A DNA stretch of 64,000 bases from contig JAAVAC010000021.1 in NCBI GenBank assembly GCA_014804265.1, forward strand, positions 700 through 64,699, written 5' to 3'. This document shows positions 18,397 to 25,167 of the stretch, piece by piece; position 1 is the stretch's first letter, and every line of letters begins with the position of its first letter. Both the position numbers and the translations under genes were made by a program. The stretch is from Lachnospiraceae bacterium (lineage in GTDB: Bacteria; Bacillota; Clostridia; Lachnospirales; Lachnospiraceae). Below the pieces are notes generated by a model, which was given only the letters and a program-made list of their open reading frames with translations, had not been told where the DNA came from and did no database searches.

Positions 18397-19071
18397 CTAT
18401 CTGGGAATCCATACCTTCTTTTTCACTTTCCAGCCCCCTAAGAGCAATAAAATGCTTCCAAGCAGCATTGCACTAAGCTTTCCCCAAATCCAGTTTCCTT
18501 TTAAGCTGCTGTCCAAAAAGCCCGTTTCCTTTGCTCCATAGGCAAACACATAAAGCGCCTCCGGAAGCTTCTGTCCCGTAGTGGAGTTTAAAAGGCTCCA
18601 GACAATTACCGAAATTCCAAGACCTGCCCACAGATTATTCCAAAGATTTACCAGAGTGAAAGACAGGATTCCGAAAAAGAATATGCTCCCGATTGCCGCA
18701 AATCCAAACCAAAGCCATAAAACCATATCGGAAGTCTCAAAGGACTTTTCCGGCCTTTGCCAGTAAAAGACAAAATAACCTGCCATGGCAATGATGGTCA
18801 GCCAGATTACCTGCAGAAAAAAACGCTGCAGCAAAGTCTGCCATTTTCTTTTTCCGGGACATAGTTGAAACACTTCCCATCTGCCTCCGGAAAACTCCTG
18901 ATAATAGCCGTCTGCACAAAATACCATAGCCAACAGCGCTACGTTAGCATCCATTGCCGCTCCAATTTCCCTTACATCAGATATCCCTCTGACAAAGGCT
19001 AAAATAATCACGAACAGGATGGAATATACCCCTTTATAAAAAGGAACCGCTATTTTCACATTGTATTTCAC
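18397..19071 (-). CDS. polytopic membrane protein (probable second permease of the ABC-2 system)
   Basis: About 6 hydrophobic segments. Start set at a GTG overlapping the upstream stop (GTGA), after AAGGAGG. Confidence 0.5.
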   Translation of the reverse strand: MKYNVKIAVPFYKGVYSILFVIILAFVRGISDVREIGAAMDANVALLAMVFCADGYYQEFSGGRWEVFQLCPGKRKWQTLLQRFFLQVIWLTIIAMAGYFVFYWQRPEKSFETSDMVLWLWFGFAAIGSIFFFGILSFTLVNLWNNLWAGLGISVIVWSLLNSTTGQKLPEALYVFAYGAKETGFLDSSLKGNWIWGKLSAMLLGSILLLLGGWKVKKKVWIPR

Positions 19072-20140
19072 CAGACCTTCCTCCTTTTCCACAAAAGAAT
19101 GCAAACTCCTGTCAATATAACGGAAAACAGTAAAAGTGCCGCCTGGTTCACTGCTGCCATGGGAGGGGGCGCTATTTCCAAAAAGCTCCCCGGAAAACGC
19201 ACCATAATGGCAAGAGGCCTTCCATAATATCCATAGACTCCTTCCTCATTCCAGCTTCCCATATTGGAATAGACTGCATACAAAATCAATGCCGGAACAG
19301 CCGGAAGAGGACTTTTAAATGCCAGGGAAACTGCACCGTATACGCATACAATCACCAAAAGATTGGGAAGGTTATACATGCCTACCGCTTTCCATATATC
19401 AAGGGCATTTACCGGAAATCCTGCCTGCCTTCCCCATTGCAGGCTTATCTGCCAGAATATGGCGGTTATGATAAACGTAACTGCCAGCATAGCCGCCATA
19501 CCCCGCAGATTTTTCCAAGCACATACTGTACCGCACTGACAGGCTTTGTATGAAGCAGCTCGTAGGTATTTTTCTTCATATCCTCCCAAAAAAGAAATGC
19601 CAGCAGGATGATTGCATAAAACACCATAAAAAGCCCGAAAAAATCCGCATATTTCTCCGCAAAATAGTGGGTATAGCAGGCTTCCTCCATTTTTTTCTCT
19701 ATATAACGGTTTACTTCCTGTAAAGTGCCTTTTTTTAGATCAAAATACGAAAAATAACCTTCGCCTTCGCGGATAATAAAGGAATACTCCTGCTCCAAAT
19801 AAGCGACCGCTTCTTTTTCAGACATATGCTCCATAGAGGCAACCACCTCTTCTGCCTCCTGCCTGCTCATTCCAAAGAACGGACTCTGAAGATCCTGTTC
19901 AATCTGTTTTAACGCTACACCATACCGTTCTTCCTGGCTGCAAGGAATATAGCCGCCTTCCACCCCCTCGTTTCCAAATTGCTCCTCTGCTTTTGCAAGC
20001 TCTTTTTCATCTGTAAAATAGTGTAGCTGTAAATAAGGCTTAAGCTGCATATATACCCCTAGAAATACAAGGATGGCTCCTATATAAAAAACAGGGTTTT
20101 TGAGATAATTTTTCCATTCTCTTTTTACAATGCTCCACAT
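19068..20140 (-). pseudogene. ABC-2-type membrane permease interrupted by a 1-nt frameshift
   Basis: ORFs 19466..20140 and 19068..19589 overlap in different frames. Adding one A to the coding-strand A5 run (plus-strand T5 at 19510-19514) joins ...AVQYVLGK to NLRGMAAMLAVTFII... as one ~357-aa protein. Confidence 0.6.
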
Positions 20141-20239
20141 AATCTGCCTCCTTTCAAAAAAAATTGTTTTTCCCTGCTCCTATATCGTAGCAAAGGAAAA
20201 ACAATGAAATCACAACCGCAGAAAAACAAGCTGTATATT

Positions 20240-21427
20240 TTAATATTTTATGGAAAAATATGCCCTGGCATATGCACCTCCCTTTTCCTTGTTGCCAAGA
20301 CTTAATTTTCCTCCATGGGCTTCGCAGAAAACTCTGCACAAATAAAGGCCCAGTCCAAAATGTGTCAAAGAATCCGCCTCTTTTCCATGATAATAAGACT
20401 TTGTAAGAGTTTCAAAGGATTCTAAAAAACCTTCTCCGTCATCTGACACTTCTATGACAAAAAAGGACCGTTCTGTATACAAGGCAATTTGAATTTCCTC
20501 TCTGGCATACCGGATTCCGTTTGTAAGAAGATTTTCCAATACCTCCAGCATGATGGAGTCATCCCCGTATAATTCATTGACCTCTACCTGTTCTCTAAGC
20601 TTCCATCTAATTCCCTTTTCCTTACACAACATCCTGACCGTGAAAAGCAGCTTCTTTTTCAGCGCTTCATAGGAAACCGCTTTATATTCCGGCTTTCTTT
20701 CCTCCAGCTTAGACATTGCCCGGGTAATATCCAAAAAGTCATTCAGCCGTTCCATCTGCTTCATTTCCTCTTTGAGCATTTCCTGAATCCTTTCTTTCTC
20801 AAGCTCCTTCTCTCCCACAAGCTCTAAAAGCATTTCCTGATATCCCTTCATGACTGCCAGAGGCGCCCGCATGTCATGGGAAATGGCTGCTCTTAAGTTC
20901 TTTTCATTTTCCACCATCTGCCACATCCTTTGATTATTTTCCAATAGCTGGCCTCGCATTTTTTCAAAGGAACGGCATACCTGCCCCATTTCATCCTGAT
21001 TGTCATACTCGATAGTAAAATCCAGTGTATTTTCCCTGATTTTTTCCGAGCCTTCCATGAGAATTTTTAAAGGATATCTTAATTTATTCCGGTAAAACAA
21101 AAACATTGCCATGACACAGCCTGCAACAGAAAGAATCAACACATCCCATGTACTGATAAAATCACAGGCTTCCACGATTACATTGTCCATATCCGCCATA
21201 TAATAGCTGCCGACCCGGCTCACCTCACCCGTGAATTCCGGTATCTGCTCTTCCATTTCTATCTGCTTTAAAACTGTCTCTTCGTCTATATATTGACTCC
21301 ATATTCTTTTTTGGGTCCTTTCCGCAAAATACGTAAGTCCCACGGAAAGAAAAAAGCTGCTCATCAGGGCAATGCATAAATAAAGGACCATTGTTTTTTT
21401 TAAGGTAAGATTTCTTATTTGTTCCAT
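20240..21427 (-). CDS. sensor histidine kinase
   Basis: Two TM segments, H-box ISHDMRAPLAVMKGY, and a HATPase_c domain (GLGLYLCRVFCEAHGGKLSL). Confidence 0.85.
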   Translation of the reverse strand: MEQIRNLTLKKTMVLYLCIALMSSFFLSVGLTYFAERTQKRIWSQYIDEETVLKQIEMEEQIPEFTGEVSRVGSYYMADMDNVIVEACDFISTWDVLILSVAGCVMAMFLFYRNKLRYPLKILMEGSEKIRENTLDFTIEYDNQDEMGQVCRSFEKMRGQLLENNQRMWQMVENEKNLRAAISHDMRAPLAVMKGYQEMLLELVGEKELEKERIQEMLKEEMKQMERLNDFLDITRAMSKLEERKPEYKAVSYEALKKKLLFTVRMLCKEKGIRWKLREQVEVNELYGDDSIMLEVLENLLTNGIRYAREEIQIALYTERSFFVIEVSDDGEGFLESFETLTKSYYHGKEADSLTHFGLGLYLCRVFCEAHGGKLSLGNKEKGGAYARAYFSIKY

Positions 21428-22092
21428 TTATAACCGCACCCCCAGACCGTTTCTATCCATTCCCTCTCAGAGTATTGGGAAAGCTTGTTCCGAATGCGTC
21501 GTATCAGCTCCGTCACGACTCTACTGTCTCCCTCGCCTTCATAGGAGCAGACCCTTTCATAAATCGTTTCCTTATCATAGACATATCCTGCATTTCCTGC
21601 CAGAAATTCAATAATCTCATATTCCATTTTCGTAAACTCGATTTCCTCTTCTCCCCATGTAACAGTCCTTCCGGCAAAATCAATGCCAAGCTCTCCAAAG
21701 AAACGGATCTTTGCTTTTTGCCCGTGACGTTCTTCCCGTTTTAAATGGGCTATGATCCTTGCTTCCAGCTCCTTTAGGCTAAAAGGCTTTCCAATATAAT
21801 CATCCCCGCCGGAAAGCAATCCATTGATCCGGTCCTGCTCCTCAATTTTTGCCGTTAAAAAAAGAATGGGGCAGCTTACTTTGTCCCGGATGAGCTTACA
21901 TAGGGAAAGTCCGTCCAGTCTGGGCATATTGATGTCCAATAAAATGATGTCCGGTTCTGTTTCTATTTTCTTTAAGGCTTCTATTCCGTTTTCTGCCTGG
22001 TAAACCAGATAGCCTTTTTTGTCAAAATATAGTTTTAGCATTTTTAACAGATCTTGATCATCGTCTACCAGTAGGATTTTGTATTGGGTCAT
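21415..22092 (-). CDS. OmpR-family response regulator
   Basis: Receiver domain (KILLVDDD...DIILLDINMP) plus a winged-helix output (VWGCGYKW). Start set at MTQYKILLVDDD after AGGAGG. Confidence 0.9.
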   Translation of the reverse strand: MTQYKILLVDDDQDLLKMLKLYFDKKGYLVYQAENGIEALKKIETEPDIILLDINMPRLDGLSLCKLIRDKVSCPILFLTAKIEEQDRINGLLSGGDDYIGKPFSLKELEARIIAHLKREERHGQKAKIRFFGELGIDFAGRTVTWGEEEIEFTKMEYEIIEFLAGNAGYVYDKETIYERVCSYEGEGDSRVVTELIRRIRNKLSQYSEREWIETVWGCGYKWNK

Positions 22093-22166
22093 GGGAAATG
22101 CCTCCTGTTGTTTTGGGGAGTTTGTACTGGGGTTGCTGGTTTTGGGAAGGTGGTGGCGGGGCGGAC

Positions 22167-22394
22167 GCAAAAGAGGGATGTGGGTGGATTCCAGGCGGTG
22201 TTTTTGATGGAGTTTTTCCTAAACAGCCTGATTTAAGGTGTTGGTACCGGTCGGGTCGGCATATAGCGCCGTCCGTGGCGCAATATGCCTAAAATTGCCG
22301 TCCATGGCAATTTTCCCCTGGGTTCGTGGACAGGCTGTTAAGGAAAAGCACCATCAAAAACAATGCCTGGAATCCACCCACATCCCTCTTTTGC
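22167..22394. repeat. 228-nt foldback: 30-bp perfect inverted repeat extended to ~64-nt arms around a 100-nt centre
   Basis: 22167-22196 (gcaaaagagggatgtgggtggattccaggc) is the exact reverse complement of 22365-22394. The next 34 nt inward pair with 5 mismatches. The centre holds small hairpins with GTCCGT and GTCCAT loops. Confidence 0.85.
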
Positions 22395-22460
22395 TGTTTC
22401 GTTTCTGCCTGTACGCTTTGCTAAGCTGTTGCCGCCTTTTAAAGTAGGGGCAAGGCTTTT

Positions 22461-22700
22461 CAAGGTATTCCGCAGATAAAGTAACATTTGCTTTTTTAAT
22501 TGTTTCCAAAAAGTTCCAGGTTATTCCGAAGATATTATAACGCTTGGTTTTAAATTATTTTCAGAGAGCTTCAGGTTGTTTTAAATAAAATATCAATTGC
22601 TTTTAAATCTCAAAAGAGTTCCAGATTATTTTATTCCAATCATAAATATCATCCGCTTTTAAATCCCTTCCAAGTCGTTAAAATCATTACAAAAGAATAA
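22461..22700. repeat. degenerate AT-rich tandem repeats (about four units of ~50-58 nt)
   Basis: Recurring units by eye: tyCAGgTTatt...GCTTTTAAAT...AAAAGaGTT. Confidence 0.5.
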
Positions 22701-22733
22701 GCCTTTAGTATAGCAGAGGGCTTTCGATACCCA

Positions 22734-22881
22734 GTAGGAACTGGCATATCATCTAGTAGTCTTCTGGGCCTTGGCAAAGTCGCCAGCACTTACGCACCGT
22801 ATTTGGGTGCGTTAGTACTGCTGCGTCTTTGCAGAGCGAGAGCGTGCCCAGAAGACTACTAGATGATATGCCAGTTCCTAC
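22734..22881. repeat. 148-nt long hairpin element, copy A (unclassified; candidate structured RNA or DNA palindrome)
   Basis: 22734-22769 is the exact reverse complement of 22846-22881. The conserved 76-nt interior is shared with 63192-63267. Confidence 0.85.
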
Positions 22882-23010
22882 GTCCTCCTATCCAAAACCC
22901 TTCCCCCCTTTCCCAAAATTATAGCATGAAAATCCCAACAAAAAAACAACAGTCCCAACTAATTAAGCAAATATATAAAATTTGTTTTTTTACAGACATA
23001 AATATCCCTC

Positions 23011-23039
23011 TTGCCCCTTCCCCCACCCTGTGCTATAAT
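23011..23039 (+). promoter_or_regulatory. sigma-A-type promoter for the preQ1 riboswitch operon
   Basis: TTGCCC (23011-16), 17-nt spacer, and an extended -10 TGcTATAAT (23031-39). Lies ~20 nt upstream of the aptamer. Confidence 0.55.
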
Positions 23040-23061
23040 AACCATACTTTACAAGTACATA

Positions 23062-23101
23062 AGACAGTTCGTGACCATCCTGTCTCTAAACAAAACTAGG
23101 G
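23062..23101 (+). promoter_or_regulatory. preQ1-I riboswitch aptamer
   Basis: AGACAG-UUCGUGACCAUC-CUGUCU-CUAAACAAAACUAGGG parallels B. subtilis queC AGAGG-UUCUAGCUACAC-CCUCU-AUAAAAAACUAAGG. Shared features are a short P1, UUC after P1, a C before the P1 3' strand, and an A-rich tail ending ACUAGG. The downstream genes are queuosine-related. Confidence 0.75.
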
Positions 23102-23157
23102 ATTTCAAGAAGGCTTTGCGCAAAAGGCGCACAGGCTGTTTCTTTTGCATGAAGATG

Positions 23158-23188
23158 GACACGTGAAAACGTGTCCTTTTCTATTTTA
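23158..23188 (+). terminator. intrinsic terminator (riboswitch expression platform)
   Basis: ggacacgt-gaaa-acgtgtcc followed by ttttctatttt. Located between the aptamer and the radical-SAM start codon. Confidence 0.65.
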
Positions 23189-23244
23189 TATTGCAGGATT
23201 TCTGCAATCCTATCCGATTCTTGGAACATCCCGGAAAGGAACTT

Positions 23245-23979
23245 ATGAAAATGGATTTTGAACCAAACCGCTATTCTGTTATTGAAGAAAAAAATCCAAG
23301 GGAAATTGTTATGCTTCGGGGAAAGGGTTGTGCCTGGAGGCGCTGCCGCTTTTGTGATTATCATTTGGACTCTTCCCCGGATGAAGCCGCCAATTTTGCC
23401 CTGAACCGGGAACAACTTTTAAAGATCACCGGCATCCATCACAAGCTGGAAGTCATCAATTCCGGCAGCTTTGTGGATTTGGACGAACCCACCATTGCCC
23501 TGATTGAACAGGTCTGCCAAAGTCATGGGATTTTGGAGGTACATTTTGAGTGCCACTGGTGTCACAGGGAAGAAATTCCGGCCTTTCGTGCCCGCTTTGC
23601 CAAAAAGGGAATGACTCTGAAAATAAAAATCGGTGTGGAAACCTTTGATTCCCTTTTTCGGGAAAGCTATTTGGATAAAGGCATTGATACGGATAATCCA
23701 GAGGAAATTGCCGCTTATTTTGATGAAGTATGTCTTTTACAGGGCATTCCCGGACAGACCGTAGAAAGCATGGACCGGGACATTCAGACAGGTCTTGCTT
23801 ATTTTGAACGGGTATGTATCAATATCATGCAGGAAAATAGAAAACCTATTAAGCCAGACCCAGAGGTGATTGCTGCTTTTACAAGGGAGCTTTATCCCAA
23901 ATATGAATCAAACAAACGAATTGATATTTTAATGGAAAACACCGCTTTTGGTGTGGGAGGAGTTGTGGAACATGCGTAA
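23245..23979 (+). CDS. radical SAM protein (candidate queuine/queuosine-salvage enzyme)
   Basis: Cys triad GCAWRRCRFCDY near the N-terminus. Start set at the ATG after GGAAAGGA. Its stop overlaps the start of the YhhQ gene. Under preQ1 riboswitch control. Confidence 0.7.
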   Translation: MKMDFEPNRYSVIEEKNPREIVMLRGKGCAWRRCRFCDYHLDSSPDEAANFALNREQLLKITGIHHKLEVINSGSFVDLDEPTIALIEQVCQSHGILEVHFECHWCHREEIPAFRARFAKKGMTLKIKIGVETFDSLFRESYLDKGIDTDNPEEIAAYFDEVCLLQGIPGQTVESMDRDIQTGLAYFERVCINIMQENRKPIKPDPEVIAAFTRELYPKYESNKRIDILMENTAFGVGGVVEHA

Positions 23980-24670
23980 TGAAATATTATTGATTGTATC
24001 TTTATTGATTACTTTTTCTGCTGTTATTATCTTACTTAGACTGTTTAAAGAACAAGGCTTATATCTATGGACCGTAATCGCTACGATTGCGGCTAACATT
24101 GAAGTGCTGATCGTAGTAAATGCTTTTGGTATGGAAATGACATTAGGAAATATTCTATTTGCATCCACTTTTTTAGTGACGGATATTCTCAGTGAGTTAT
24201 ACGGAAAAAAGGCGGCGCAGACTGCCGTATGGCTTGGAATCGCCACCTCTGTGGCCTTTATTGCCATCAGCCAGTCATGGCTTTTGTACATACCAAATGA
24301 GAATGATTTTGCCATGCCCTCTATCCGGGCTGTCTTTTCCAATACGCCAAGGCTTATGCTGGTAGGTATTGTAGTATATGTAATCGTCCAGCTTTTTGAC
24401 GTGTGGGCTTACCATAAATGGTGGGCATTTACCAACCGGAAATTCGGTGATAAGAAGAAATTCCTATGGCTTAGGAATAATGGCTCTACTTTGGTTTCCC
24501 AACTGCTGAATACCGTTCTGTTTACCTGGGGAGCCTTCCTTGGAACCCATAATACAGCTACTCTGATTTCCATTGCTGTTTCCAGCTATGTGATTTTTAT
24601 TGTTACCAGCCTTTTGGACACTCCTTTTATCTATCTCGCCCGATATATATTTGAAAAAGAAACTGCGTGA
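23972..24670 (+). CDS. queuosine precursor transporter (YhhQ / VUT family)
   Basis: FASTFLVTDILSELYGKKAA and LRNNGSTLVSQLLNTVLF blocks are typical of the YhhQ/DUF165 family. ATG after GGAGGAG, overlapping the upstream stop (ATGCGTAA). Confidence 0.85.
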   Translation: MRNEILLIVSLLITFSAVIILLRLFKEQGLYLWTVIATIAANIEVLIVVNAFGMEMTLGNILFASTFLVTDILSELYGKKAAQTAVWLGIATSVAFIAISQSWLLYIPNENDFAMPSIRAVFSNTPRLMLVGIVVYVIVQLFDVWAYHKWWAFTNRKFGDKKKFLWLRNNGSTLVSQLLNTVLFTWGAFLGTHNTATLISIAVSSYVIFIVTSLLDTPFIYLARYIFEKETA

Positions 24671-24690
24671 AAGGGCTTTTGACATCTAAA

Positions 24691-24724
24691 AAAGAACCTT
24701 GATTCCTTTCAAGGTTCTTTTATC
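24691..24724 (+). terminator. intrinsic terminator after the YhhQ gene
   Basis: aaagaaccttga / tcaaggttcttt hairpin, followed by a short T-containing tract (tatcc). Confidence 0.7.
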
Positions 24725-24774
24725 CTTTAAATAGTTCTATGTACATCGGTCATAATCGCTCGGAATGTACTCAT

Positions 24775-24915
24775 TTACTTTTTTAATGGATACTTGTCAG
24801 CTACTGCCTTGCATGAGCGCATTCTTTCATCAGATACAACCGCTTCCTTGCTTTCGTTCTTATCGTTTTTCTTTGCTTTTACCACATAAGCATAATTTTT
24901 TGCCAGTGCCGACAT
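24775..24915 (-). CDS. hypothetical 46-aa Lys-rich protein
   Basis: Internal ATG (MSALAKNYAYVVKAKK...) preceded by AAGGAGA at good spacing. No homology recognised. Confidence 0.3.
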   Translation of the reverse strand: MSALAKNYAYVVKAKKNDKNESKEAVVSDERMRSCKAVADKYPLKK

Positions 24916-25167
24916 AGTATCATCTCCTTTTTTCTTCTTTTTGTACAAACAATTGAATAACCTCTTCATAAAAGCATCACCCCATAAATAGTATGAATCT
25001 TCATAAAAAAATTATTCTAATATGCAAAGCTTCTTATATCTATCATTATTTTAATACATCATTGTCATTTCTTCAACCACTACATCTAGTAGAAAATGTA
25101 CAAAAAAGTAAAAAACACGACTATTTCCTATATCTTGTATCAATCATTATACTCCCCATATATCCAC

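Noticed and set aside
20154-20339. A 61-aa ORF lies between the histidine kinase and the permease.
   Set aside because: It overlaps the 3' end of the kinase gene in another frame and has no RBS.
22098-22447. Track ORFs 22098..22292 (+) and 22238..22447 (+) lie inside the foldback region.
   Set aside because: They are low-complexity Gly/Trp/Cys-rich translations of palindromic DNA. They have no RBS, and each is largely the mirror of the other arm.
22461-22700. The AT-rich repeat arrays (also 62981-63105) might be CRISPR arrays.
   Set aside because: The repeats are degenerate and contiguous with no unique spacers. Unit lengths (15 and ~55 nt) do not fit a repeat-spacer architecture, and there are no cas genes.
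22734-22881. The long hairpin might be a retron msr/msd, a CRISPR-associated RNA or an integron attC site.
   Set aside because: The window contains no reverse transcriptase, cas gene or integrase. The element also has a conserved core sequence, unlike attC sites, which are conserved only in structure.
23086-23415. Track ORF 23086..23415 (-), 109 aa.
   Set aside because: It overlaps the preQ1 aptamer, the terminator and the 5' end of the radical-SAM gene on the opposite strand. It is a shadow ORF.
24691-24724. The terminator hairpins at 24691-24720 and 29967-29990 share the sequence aagaaccYtga...tcaaggttc and might be a dispersed repeat.
   Set aside because: Only ~20 nt are shared, and both function plausibly as ordinary intrinsic terminators. 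That is insufficient to call a repeat family.
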